64,000 nt of DNA from Nemertoderma westbladi (taxonomy: Eukaryota; Animalia; Xenacoelomorpha). The position numbers and the translations under genes were made by a program. Numbering within the stretch: position 1 is the stretch's first letter; the number at the start of each line of letters is the position of its first letter. Location of the stretch: NCBI GenBank assembly GCA_032718475.1, contig JAUCBJ010007091.1, positions 1-64,000 of the forward strand, read 5' to 3'. Of this stretch, positions 12,707 through 23,078 are shown in pieces. The notes under the pieces are model-generated. The model saw only the letters and a program-made list of their open reading frames with translations. It was not told the DNA's origin and searched no databases.

Positions 12707-13311
12707 ATTGCATATTCATCTTCGCGTAGCCTAACCTCTCGATGCATGGCTAGCATCCAACACATCACCACTCAATCCACAGCTGTTACCCACCCACCAA
12801 CCAACCAACAGCGATACACCCACCGATTATTCCCCTTTTCGCCACATCACCACCGCTGTATACTGTATATGATGATGATGACAACGTAGCCAACTACACA
12901 CATATTATATATTATATTATATCGATTGCCAACTCAACGATTATTTACCCACTGCTAGCCACTGCTACTCCTCGACGGCTGTCACCAAACCAAGCAGCCT
13001 ACCAGTCCAGCGGTAGGATACGTGAAATTCCGCCACGTTTCCAGCTACACGTATACGAACATTTCCATAGTTACTCAACCTTGACCGTAATTTTTTTTTT
13101 TATTGCACTGTACTGTACAGTAGTTCCCTACCGGCTAATCAACCAATCAATAAACCGAATTTAGGCTATTTTTCAGTTTAAGACCTGTATTATTTTTGAA
13201 AATATCTTATATATATAATCTCTTGCTTTAATCGCAATTAATCATTTGTAATGGTTTTAGTTTAAAAGTTTTTACTTAGTTTGTTTGATTTACAATAAAA
13301 TAAATTAAATA

Positions 13312-13761
13312 ATGTCTTCTGATTCCAATATGGTTATGCCAATGGTAAGGCATTCATTTTTTGCAGAAGATGGTCAAGCCTATATTGTTATTGATTATAC
13401 AATTTACCGTCAGGGAGATGATAAATATAAAATTGAATTTTCTGAAAAAGCCAGGAAAGTTTTAAGCTCAATTGATATTGATGCTTCTGATAATAGTATT
13501 CATCTTTTAGATTACAACCTGAAAGCTGAGCATGGGGGAGGAAAATTAAGCAACATTTTACTATTATCCATGATAGAGGGATTTATTGTTATTACACAAT
13601 ACAACGAAGCTGGTGAAAAGTTTGAAATACGGCTAAATCGGCATAGCCCCTACGAAATTATGCCTTTCTTTATTGTAATGATTTCAAAAGAATCCTTTGT
13701 CGAACCTGAAGAATCAGCGGATAATGTTGAATATGTTGATAATAATATCATTGATTCTTGA
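13312..13761 (+). CDS. Polinton hypothetical protein (149 aa, acidic C-terminus)
   Basis: Open ATG ORF with AT-rich leader, first gene of the left cassette; no motif recognised. Confidence 0.7.
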   Translation: MSSDSNMVMPMVRHSFFAEDGQAYIVIDYTIYRQGDDKYKIEFSEKARKVLSSIDIDASDNSIHLLDYNLKAEHGGGKLSNILLLSMIEGFIVITQYNEAGEKFEIRLNRHSPYEIMPFFIVMISKESFVEPEESADNVEYVDNNIIDS

Positions 13762-13926
13762 CTTTTCCCTCTATATTATAAATATTTTATGATTATATAT
13801 AAAATTTTGTTGTTTTTAAATAATCGAAAATTGTAGTAGTATTTGTATATACAGTATAACAGTTTTGTTTGTTGTTGTTGTTGTGTATTGTGGTAATTAT
13901 TTTCAATTTACTTTAAAATTTGGAAA

Positions 13927-14379
13927 ATGGATATTTTAAATGAAAAATGTCCAGTTTGCTATTCTAAGTTATTGCAACAACATCGAGATTATTATAAATG
14001 TGAAAATAAACATGCAACTTGCGTACAATGTATTGCACAATATTCCGAAATGAATAATTATTGTTCTAAAATTTGTCCTATTTGTCGCGCACCCATATCT
14101 AAGTTTAATATAAAGTTGGCAAGATACCAACCCTATTATTGGAAAGAGCTTCGCAATATAACTTATATTTCTGCGAAAAGTAATGATCCGGGAGATTTAT
14201 TTACAATATTGGAGAATATTTTTTATAGAAACGTAGTACGACGCTGTTGCTACTATATTCCTTATTTTTTTAGCAGCGAACATAAAAAAATCATTAGCGC
14301 GAAATTTTCGGGAAGTGATTTCCAATCCGCCGATTTTACCTATCATTATTTCGCGTATAAAGATGCTCACCATGCTTGA
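13927..14379 (+). CDS. Polinton RING-finger (C3HC4) putative E3 ubiquitin ligase
   Basis: CPVC-x13-CENKH-x2-CVQC-x14-CPICR. Confidence 0.85.
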   Translation: MDILNEKCPVCYSKLLQQHRDYYKCENKHATCVQCIAQYSEMNNYCSKICPICRAPISKFNIKLARYQPYYWKELRNITYISAKSNDPGDLFTILENIFYRNVVRRCCYYIPYFFSSEHKKIISAKFSGSDFQSADFTYHYFAYKDAHHA

Positions 14380-14595
14380 AATTACATCGGTCTATACTAT
14401 AATTGGAAATAGCACCTTTTGCTGCAGCGAGCGTCACATACTGTAGCGGCGTCGTATGTTAATTAAATATACAGTACTCTAATATTGTAGTTGCATCAAT
14501 TATTGTTATATACATAGTAATGGTGTTGGTTTATTGATATTGATATTGATATTATATTATATTGTATTGTTGATATATCTTAATAATAATAATAA

Positions 14596-15276
14596 ATGGC
14601 TGACTTTAATTCAGGTCCATATAATTTAAATTTTCAAATGGGAACGAGTATGATAATTTCAGGGCCATCTGGCTCCGGAAAGTCTACATTTGTTGGCAAT
14701 TTAATTAAACACAAGAATGGTTGTTTCAACGAAGCCCCCTTGCGAGTATTGTATTGTTACGGGAGCAATCCTCCGACTATTCCAGGTATTACTCACCTTT
14801 ACAAAGGCTTGCCTGAAAATATAGATAGTTTAGTGAATAGTCGAGATTTATTAATTATAGATGATTTGTTAACAGAAACTGAGTCCAGTACAGCTTTAAC
14901 TGTATTGTTTACTAAGGTGGCTCATCATTCCAATATATTTATTTGTTTTATAACGCAAAACATGTTTTACGGTGGGAAGCATAACCGCACAAGATCAATT
15001 AATAGCCATACTTTAGTATTAATGAAAAATCCGAGAGACAGTCTATCGGTTTTAAATTTCGCGAAGCAGATGTTACCAGGGCAGACCAAATTTTTAGTTG
15101 ATTCCTATCAAGATGCGACAATTGAACCATTTTCACATTTCATAATTGATTTACGACAGGAAACACCCGAACATTTAAGATTTAGATCTGATATATTTCG
15201 TAATCATAATTGTTACATTAAAAATTACACTGACTATAAACGTAGCGAAAATAATAATAATAATAATGATAAATAA
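14596..15276 (+). CDS. A32/FtsK-like genome-packaging ATPase
   Basis: Walker A GPSGSGKS, Walker B LLIIDD, ITQN, KNPRD motifs typical of Polinton ATPases. Confidence 0.95.
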   Translation: MADFNSGPYNLNFQMGTSMIISGPSGSGKSTFVGNLIKHKNGCFNEAPLRVLYCYGSNPPTIPGITHLYKGLPENIDSLVNSRDLLIIDDLLTETESSTALTVLFTKVAHHSNIFICFITQNMFYGGKHNRTRSINSHTLVLMKNPRDSLSVLNFAKQMLPGQTKFLVDSYQDATIEPFSHFIIDLRQETPEHLRFRSDIFRNHNCYIKNYTDYKRSENNNNNNDK

Positions 15277-15313
15277 TTAATATTTTGTAACAATTTTCAA
15301 TAATGTTGCAACA

Positions 15314-15697
15314 ATGAATAGACTTGTGCAGAAATATCATAACGAACTGGAATTTCTACGCAGCGCTACCCCTCAACAAAGAACTTATTTTATTAACCAT
15401 ACCGCCAGTAACGAATTAATACGGCTCATTGTAAATACTGCATTAAATGTTCTAAAAGGTAATGTACAATTGACCCCTCATTCATTTAGAAATATTCGCC
15501 GCTATAAGAAGGTATTGAAATCACTCAACCGTAAAACAAAAAATATATCAAGTTACAGAAAAAAGTTAAGCAATCAATCTGGAGGCATACTACCGTTTCT
15601 AATACCCTTACTCGGCATTGGTGCGAAACTTGCCGCGAGTGCCGGTGCCGCGGCCGCGGGGGCTGCTATTGCGAAAAAAATTAACCGTGGACGGTAG
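15314..15697 (+). CDS. Basic core-protein precursor, adenovirus pX(mu)-like C-terminus (Polinton PW-type)
   Basis: K/R-rich body followed by QSGG|ILPFLIPLLGIG, compared with MRGG|ILPLLIPLIAAAIG in adenovirus pX. Confidence 0.75.
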   Translation: MNRLVQKYHNELEFLRSATPQQRTYFINHTASNELIRLIVNTALNVLKGNVQLTPHSFRNIRRYKKVLKSLNRKTKNISSYRKKLSNQSGGILPFLIPLLGIGAKLAASAGAAAAGAAIAKKINRGR

Positions 15698-15703
15698 GTA
15701 ATA

Positions 15704-15874
15704 ATGGTTAAAACGGGAGTAACATTTAGAAAATTATATTTAGTATCGAGTAAACCGTTAGCTGCTGATTTAAAACCACAAGATATACCTAGAGTAAATA
15801 CTACAAAAAGAAAACCCTTTAAAACATCAACTTCGAAGAAAATAATTAAAAAATTTCAGTTGTTCTTACGGTGA
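15704..15874 (+). CDS. Small basic Polinton protein (56 aa; not in the ORF track)
   Basis: ATG 6 nt after the previous stop; MVKTGVTFRKLYLVSSKP...KKIIKKFQLFLR*; fills the gap before the integrase. Confidence 0.55.
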   Translation: MVKTGVTFRKLYLVSSKPLAADLKPQDIPRVNTTKRKPFKTSTSKKIIKKFQLFLR

Positions 15875-15925
15875 TGCCCTTTATAAGAGATTTGAATATA
15901 CATATTACTTGCGGTTGTCGAAAAG

Positions 15926-17017
15926 ATGCCTCGCAAGATGAAACCGATTTTAAGCCGAAGCTTAGACAAAAAACTGTTAAGAATTTATTTAGATCCTTCA
16001 TCCCCTGCGGGATTTGCAAGTGTTGCAAAATTAGCAAAAGCTGCAAACATCAAACCGGCGCAAGCCCAGAAATGGTTGAGCGGACAAAAGACATACACCC
16101 TTCACGCTCCACGTAGACAACATTATCCAACATCTAAAATATTTACGGGAGGCATAAAAGATATATATATGATAGATCTGGTGGATATGCAGCAATATAA
16201 GTCGCAAAATAATAATTATAACTATATATTAACGTGCATTGATGCCTTCAGTCGGCTTGCTTTTGGCTATGCTATGAAAACAAAAAAGGGTGTTGAAATT
16301 ATTAGTATATTGCAAAAAATATTCCAGAAAGGAAAACCAAACAGAATCGCCACGGATCAAGGTTCTGAGTTTCTAAATAAATCTGTAAGGAAATATTTAG
16401 ATACGTTAGGTATACAGTATTACGTAATGTATTCTATGAATAAGGCGGCTATTGTCGAGAGATTTAACAGAACCTTAAAAACAAAGATGTTCAAAATTTT
16501 CACGCAAAGGGGAAATAATATTTGGATAAAAATTTTACCTAAGCTTATCTCGGCTTATAATAGGTCGTATCATAGAACAATACAAATGACACCTATTGAA
16601 GTTAATAAATTTAATGAAACTGAATTAATGAATAGATTATATGGGAAATATAGACAGATAAATCACAAGAAAATAAAATTTAAAGTTGGAGATACAGTAC
16701 GATTATCTATTGCTCGTACTGCTTTTGCTAAAGGCTATCGAGAACAATGGACACGTGAATTATTTATTATTCATCGGGTCAGGTTGGATAGAGTACCAGC
16801 GGTAATGTTCGATATTAAGGACAGCACCGGAGCTATAATAAAGGGCTCATTTTATTCTCACGAACTTCAAAAGGTCCACCCGAATAATAATATTTATCTA
16901 GCAATTGACAAAAAAAATATTGGCAAACTTAAAGAACGTGTACGCAATGGGAAGAAAGAATATTTAGTCCGATTCATCGGATCCAAGAAACAGTCCTGGG
17001 TACAGCATATTCAATAA
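15926..17017 (+). CDS. Retroviral-like (rve) DDE integrase with C-terminal chromodomain-like region
   Basis: IDLVDM / ATDQGSEF / VERFNRTLK catalytic triad; FKVGDTVR; KGY..QWTRELF; NGKKEYLVRF..SWV. Confidence 0.97.
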   Translation: MPRKMKPILSRSLDKKLLRIYLDPSSPAGFASVAKLAKAANIKPAQAQKWLSGQKTYTLHAPRRQHYPTSKIFTGGIKDIYMIDLVDMQQYKSQNNNYNYILTCIDAFSRLAFGYAMKTKKGVEIISILQKIFQKGKPNRIATDQGSEFLNKSVRKYLDTLGIQYYVMYSMNKAAIVERFNRTLKTKMFKIFTQRGNNIWIKILPKLISAYNRSYHRTIQMTPIEVNKFNETELMNRLYGKYRQINHKKIKFKVGDTVRLSIARTAFAKGYREQWTRELFIIHRVRLDRVPAVMFDIKDSTGAIIKGSFYSHELQKVHPNNNIYLAIDKKNIGKLKERVRNGKKEYLVRFIGSKKQSWVQHIQ

Positions 17018-17266
17018 GCTTAGGTTTATACTGTATATTAATTCATTTTGGTCGCATATGACCGTAATTAATCAATAATATTAACTCGAATGATATTACT
17101 ATATCTATAGTTCATCCGCTTTAAATAAAGCCAGTAAAATATTGATCCCACGCATATACTGTAGAAGATGCTGGCAATGAACGTGGTCACAGATGTCTAT
17201 AATTTAACATTATACTGTATGTACAAAGGAGTCAAGTAGAGAGAGCGAGCTTAAATAATAATAATA

Positions 17267-18139
17267 ATGGCCACAGATACATATATCACTCTACTGTCAG
17301 ATAGCTCATTGAACACTTATCCCAATAATAATCCTAGTGAGTTTACTGTTGATTTAGCCGAAGAATTATATATTGGTCCAAATGCCAAAATTGGACTTGC
17401 CGAACTTCAATACCAAGCAACATACAGTAATATTACGCTGCAAACTCAAATTTCGCTGTCAATCGGGGTAGATGCAAAACATGCCAAATTATATAGTTTA
17501 TTTCCTGGTATGCATAACTCTATTCAAGTGATTATTGATGATATAAATAAACTGTTTAATTCTGAAGCGAAATATAGAGATTTCGAATTCATTTTTAATA
17601 CAAATAATTCTAGAATTAAATTTAAATTTCCTAAAAAGTTGAAAAAAATACAATTAAGTCTACGCGGCGATTTAATACAAATTCTAGGCTTAAAACCGTT
17701 ATTGGATCGGAATCATCCGGATATTCCGAATTGGGATATATACAGTACCACTACAGTAGATGAATTAAGCAATATAGAACAGCCGATATTAATTTTAAAT
17801 TATAGCGGGCCAAAAATTTCGGAAATTGGCATTTTAGATTTTCCAGCTCCCACAAATATAACACGTAATAAAGACACTATCTTTATATACACAGATATTA
17901 TTAAGAGCTCATTTGTTGGCGACGCTTTAGCTCCGCTCTTAAGAACCTGCCCTTTAACGCAATTAAATCGAAAATATATTAATCACGAATACGAGAGCAT
18001 TTGCTATTTCCCATTGTTGAATAAAAAACTAAAAACAATCTTAATTACTTTACGTGACGGCCAAGGCCAATTAATTAACTTCAGCGGAGGTCGCACTGTT
18101 ATAACACTTAAGTTATTACGGGGTGGCGGCGATGGATGA
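17267..18139 (+). CDS. Minor capsid protein (penton, PX) paralog 1
   Basis: ITLLSDSS..YPNNNPSEFTVDL, IGLAELQY, IYTDII..FVGD..APLLR, LRDGQGQLINF. Confidence 0.9.
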   Translation: MATDTYITLLSDSSLNTYPNNNPSEFTVDLAEELYIGPNAKIGLAELQYQATYSNITLQTQISLSIGVDAKHAKLYSLFPGMHNSIQVIIDDINKLFNSEAKYRDFEFIFNTNNSRIKFKFPKKLKKIQLSLRGDLIQILGLKPLLDRNHPDIPNWDIYSTTTVDELSNIEQPILILNYSGPKISEIGILDFPAPTNITRNKDTIFIYTDIIKSSFVGDALAPLLRTCPLTQLNRKYINHEYESICYFPLLNKKLKTILITLRDGQGQLINFSGGRTVITLKLLRGGGDG

Positions 18140-18989
18140 GTTCTACGTAAGGCTGCCGAGTAACTCATGTCCAATTGATTTTCCCCGCAATAGCGCTAGT
18201 AATTATCAGATAAATTTCCACGGCGCCTTACCTATAAATCCAAACGAAAACTGGGTGGTAGGTATAAAAAGTATATTTTACTTAGCAACGTTGCCGTCCA
18301 TGTATAACAATGTAGAGAATGTTATTTTATTAAAAAAAGGGAAAAAAATTTTTGAGGATACACTTCCATCTGGTTTATTCTACAGTATCAACGACATTAT
18401 AGATTATTTTAACACGGGGACATTGAAAGATAAATTACAAATAGTTGAAAATACTCAGCAAAATAGATTGCAATTTATTTTAGGGAAAACTGTGCGAGAG
18501 TTATTTATAGGTCAACAATTAGCCTATTATTTTGGAATTACTGAAAATAATCTCGGCGCGAATTTAAATCCAAATTTTAAAATTATTTTGAAGACGAAAA
18601 ATAATATAAAGGGTTATTTAATAAAGGTTATCGGAAATGGAGAAAAAGCTTACCAGATGGTATTTTTATGCCCTCAACCGCCCAACTCTATTCCAGAACC
18701 TAAATCGAACATGTACGTGACTACTAATATAATTGAAAATCAATATATTAACGACTTTGGTTTAGCTTTACTTCGTCGTGTTGCGATACCTGATGATGTG
18801 AAATATGGTAGCGTAATAAATAAAGAATTTGTCAAGGATACAATTCATTATATCCCTGTAAAAAAATAATATAAGATAACATACATTCATATTGAAATAA
18901 CAGACAAAGAAGGAAAAGATTTGAATTTTGAATACGGGACAACTTGTATTACCTTACACTTTAAACGAATAAATTCAAATGGATTCTGA
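18132..18989 (+). pseudogene. Minor capsid protein paralog 2 with one premature TAA (18867-18869)
   Basis: FYVRLPSNS..FPRNSASNY, WVVGI, YVTTNII..ALLR. The same frame continues past the TAA as YKITYIHIEITDKEGKDLNFEYGTTCITLHFKR, the conserved penton C-terminus. Confidence 0.85.
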
Positions 18990-19539
18990 TTTATTTCAAA
19001 GATACAGTAAACCTCAATATGGGGGTTCAGACTCTAATCTTGCTGTTTTTAAAGGCGGAAGAAGTACCAGAGGCTCGACGCAAGTTCCTGTTTTTCGTGG
19101 TGGTTCATATATTGACCCTTACGGTCAACAAATTGGTGCATTTGGTCCAAACTTAAAACAACGTCGTTTTCAGCGTTATCGTAGAGGTATGCGGGCAAAT
19201 CAACACGGAGAAGGTATATTTACAGACGCTTTATCTACATTGAAAAAATTTGGTAAGCCATTAGCTAAAAAAGTTTTACAGAAAGCTTTACCATTTACCA
19301 CAAAATTTATGAGACAACACGTAATACCAAAAGGTAAGCGGGTCTTACATCAGCAGGCTAATACGGTTATTAATAAAGCATTAAATAAAATGAAACCGTC
19401 AACAAGGTCGGTTGTAGAAAAAGTTTATAGAGATTTAAAGCGACCCGCTAGACCAATGTCTATGAACATACATCATCGACGTAGTAAAAAGAGAAATATA
19501 AAAGGCAAACTGAAACACTGCGAAAAAAGTATTTTTTAA
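18979..19539 (+). CDS. Basic virion protein with GG cleavage-like sites and an amphipathic helix (Polinton PZ-type; pVI/pVII-like)
   Basis: QYGG, FKGG, FRGG, QHGEG|IFTDALSTLKKFGKPLAKKVL; lies immediately upstream of the MCP. Confidence 0.7.
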   Translation: MDSDLFQRYSKPQYGGSDSNLAVFKGGRSTRGSTQVPVFRGGSYIDPYGQQIGAFGPNLKQRRFQRYRRGMRANQHGEGIFTDALSTLKKFGKPLAKKVLQKALPFTTKFMRQHVIPKGKRVLHQQANTVINKALNKMKPSTRSVVEKVYRDLKRPARPMSMNIHHRRSKKRNIKGKLKHCEKSIF

Positions 19540-20364
19540 TAATGTCAATTATTAAGGAATTAGATTTATTTTCTACACAGCCAATACAGACTGAATTTAA
19601 AGCAAAACATTATGAAACAATTTACCCCGTATCTAATCTCAGAAGTGAATCTAGGGAGGTCACCTTCCTTGTACCCAGATCCAATGAATTCTATACGAAA
19701 CTGCAAGACGCGTTATTAATTACAAAATGTACAGTACGTTGGGATAGACGACTTGAAAACTCCCATATTTATATGCTGAATTACCCAGCTGAAACTATGT
19801 GGAGTGATATTAAAATAGACCTTAATGAGAAGCAGGTTGAAAATAGCAATAACCATTATTTCTACAAGTCGTACTTATCCAATTTATTATTTACAACTTA
19901 CGAGGATAAAAATGGGCTACTGGGTGCTGGTGGCTTTCATCAACCTTTATCTGAACACGGAAATGAAATTGATCCCGGCGCGCATCCTATTGCTGATGCC
20001 TTTAGTAAACAAATGCAATTTGTAAGTGGATTGACGATTGATTTTGATACTGAAACTAAAATAATACAACCTGGGTATGATTTAAGAATGCATTTTAGAA
20101 AAGTATCAAATTCGTTTATTTTTAAAATCACTCCAAACGCAAACGCTGTGACAAATCTTCGACTAGAATTAGATGAAATAAAAATTCTAATCCCTAGAAT
20201 GGAGGTTAATCCGGTAATAGAAAGCAGTCACCTAAAAGGTTTAGAGAGCTACGATATTGAATATCAATTTCAAAAGAAAGAGGTGACTACATTTACTATT
20301 CCAGCTCAAACCACAAATTACACTCAAACAAACATATTTGATGGTAAAAAACCCAAATTAGTTA

Positions 20365-22149
20365 CAGTCCAGCTCACCAACAGAGTGCCATCGGATCCGA
20401 TCTGAACCGATCGGATCCAACAGCTTCAAACACTTTCAGACAAACTCCAACAGTCCAACAACTTCAAACAGATTCAGACAGTTTCAAACAGATTCAGACA
20501 GTTTCAAACAGAATCAGACAACTTCCAACAACCTGTCAATCACTCCACCCACACTCAACCGCAACCCCAACTCAACTCCCATCTTCTTGCACGCAGATAG
20601 AATGAAAGCGTTTGAAACTACTAAAGGAACTCCATTCATAAAGCCACAATAACGACAGAGTGGACTGGCCACTGGCGGCGCCCTTGAACATTCACACTGT
20701 AACTTAAGCTGACCTGAAGGAACAGCCCATTAGTGAGGTTGGTATTTCTCTTTATTCCTGCCGCTATCTTTGAATAACACAATAGCAGAAAGCTAACCAG
20801 TGGTCTACCCCCAATACAAGAAAGACAAGTTGGCTACCATTGAAATGAATGGGGAATGGAATTCTGTGTTCACATACTAATGTTGCTTTGGGTTGGTCTA
20901 GAGCCATACAATAGAGCTTTACGGAAATACACTTCCAAAGAGCCAAGCAGTGGCGGTATAGGTCCAAAATGCCCATGTAGAATTTCTTCGAATAAGGCTC
21001 AATTTCTTTAAGTTACATTAATTAAAATACTGATAAATATATTTTGCTTTTCGCAGGAGGGACAGTATCCCCCTCTACAGTTAATATAGTGTACGTACAT
21101 GTGTTAGTTATATCGTTGCGTTTATTTATATTTATACAGGTTTGGATATGATCTCTACTAGTTTGATTTTTGTTTTGTCAATTAATTAATTGTGCGGTTA
21201 ATTTGTCAATCACCGCCTTAATTGGCTACATTGCTTATTGTATGAATGAATATAATTAGTTATTAAGACATTATTTTAATTAGTATCTGGTGTGATTAGG
21301 TCTACCTTTTACATAACAACAGTACGTCAATGGCGGATATACTACTACTACTGTACTACTAAGTCGAGCGAACTCGGATAGTGGAAATGAGATCCTTCCA
21401 GGCTTCCCGATTCTCCATAGTTGTCGCAATTTCGTTTCTCCAAAGTTCAGAGAAGTTTCACTCATTGTAATTATATTTACTGTTTGCTTAATCTGTTTGT
21501 GTTTATATCTGTTTATGTGCAGTATTTAGTGCCCTATGTCAAAGAAACTAATATATTTATAGCATTATTTACATTTCTAATTAAATTAAGGAATTAAAAA
21601 CGTGTTGGTGTTATTATATTCATTTATCGGAATTTATATTATAGGAATTTATTATTCGTTTATGCATTCTAGTTAATTAATTTATATAATTAACGACATA
21701 ATTATGTAAATAAAAATTGTTAAATGAAACAAATCTTTATTTCGGTTTATAATTGACAATAGCACACCCTCACAATCACTTCAAATTGAGAGTTAAAGTG
21801 ATTGGCATTCTGTTAATGAGCTCCGCTTTTGTAAGGCATTGGCAAATTCCAACAAATTCCGATGGCGTCAAACATCTTCAGACAACTTCAAACAGTTTCA
21901 GACAATTTCAAACAGCTTCAGACAACTTCAGATAGCTTCCAACAACATCCAACAGAAATTTCAAACACTTTCAGATGGATTTCAGACAGATTCAGATGGG
22001 CTCCAACAGACTAAACTTGTTGGAAATATTTTCTCCAACAGAATCAAACAGTACTAAATCTCTGTAGGTTAGCATTGTGCTTGTTTGAAGCTGTCGGAGT
22101 GTGTTGGATCCGATCGGATCCGATGGCACTCTGTTGGTGAGCGGGACTG
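20365..22149. mobile_element. Non-autonomous TA-targeting (Tc1/mariner-type) DNA transposon, 1785 bp
   Basis: TA TSD (20363-64 and 22150-51), ~38-bp TIR CAGTCC(A/C)GCTCACCAACAGAGTGCCATCGGATCCGATC, and subterminal 10-bp TTCAGACA/TTCAAACA repeats. Confidence 0.9.
21342..21450 (-). mobile_element. 3' tip of an RTE LINE (family of 45809-46860) inside the MITE
   Basis: Near-identical to 45809-45907, including the (TAG)n tail. Confidence 0.75.
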
Positions 22150-22590
22150 TATTATTGGCTTCATAACAAATAACGCTTATTCGGGAGAATTAATTAGCAA
22201 TCCCTTGAAATTTGAACATTTTAACCTTAGACGCGCGGAACTGATTGTAGACGGTCTTCCAGTAGGGGGTGTAATATACGAACCTAATTTTACAGATGGA
22301 ACATATATTTTTGAGTATACTCAATTAATGAAGAACATTAATACATATATTAACGGTTATGGGGGTAATAATATAGACCATGAAACCTACTTAGGTAATT
22401 GCCCCATCCTATCCTGGGACCTAACCGCTGACGGCTACGTTAGAGATCCGCAACCGTCGATATATACTAACGGTCAATTAAAATTAAGATTTGCCGAACC
22501 GTTGGTTGAAACCATAAATGTAATCGTTTTTAATATTTATGATCAATCATTAAGTTTAAATAGCAGGAAAGAAATACATATCGATTAAGT

Positions 22591-23043
22591 ATGTTATCTA
22601 CAGAGGACCTTGATATGTTTCCAGTGGGTGGTCACTATTTGGGCGCGTTTCCAGCTAATAAATTACCTAAATTAGATAATAATAAGCAGCAGGATTATGG
22701 CTTGATAGTAAATACCGATAAACAGCATCTACCCGGGGTTCATTGGATTGCTATATATATACGAGATAATGAGGCCGAAGTATTTGACTCGTTTGGACCA
22801 AAATATCCAAACAGATGTATCGAAAAATGGCTTGAGAAAAATTCCGCAAGGTGGCGTACTACATGCAAACAATTTCAAGACCCCAGGAGGACCACATGCG
22901 GCCTATACTGTCTCTATTACTTAGTAAATCGTATTCACACAATCTATCCAATGAGAGCGTTTACAAATAATGTGGAAATCAATGAAATTATATTATATAA
23001 ATGGCTTGTTAATTATTATAAATTAAACCAACAAGCGTTGTAA
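22591..23043 (+). CDS. Adenain-like (C5) maturation cysteine protease
   Basis: IVNTD..PGVHWIAI, FDSFG, QFQ..TTCGLYC (His-Asp-Gln-Cys). Confidence 0.95.
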   Translation: MLSTEDLDMFPVGGHYLGAFPANKLPKLDNNKQQDYGLIVNTDKQHLPGVHWIAIYIRDNEAEVFDSFGPKYPNRCIEKWLEKNSARWRTTCKQFQDPRRTTCGLYCLYYLVNRIHTIYPMRAFTNNVEINEIILYKWLVNYYKLNQQAL

Positions 23044-23078
23044 TTAATCATTTAGCTTGCTTTTGTTTATCAGATAAA

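Larger units (their letters stand above)
19542..22588 (+). pseudogene. Double jelly-roll major capsid protein (PY) interrupted by a MITE
   Basis: ELDLFS..PIQT at the N-terminus. Removing 20365-22151 restores a 1260-nt ORF (419 aa) reading KPKLVIIGFITNNAYSGELISNPLKFEHFNL; C-terminal LKLRFAEPL. Confidence 0.93.

Noticed and set aside
12638-12889. 'MFGCLHLASGNF' ORFs (also 32038-32304 and 39038-39313)
   Set aside because: Non-ATG starts lying within the TIR; their similarity only reflects the repeat
13100-17230. TACAGTA/TACTGTA as a viral promoter motif
   Set aside because: Equally frequent in non-viral sequence (e.g. 9560-9730), so not specific
20365-22149. MCP interruption as an intron or a naturally split capsid gene
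   Set aside because: The ends are TIRs with a TA duplication, not GT-AG; clean excision restores the frame
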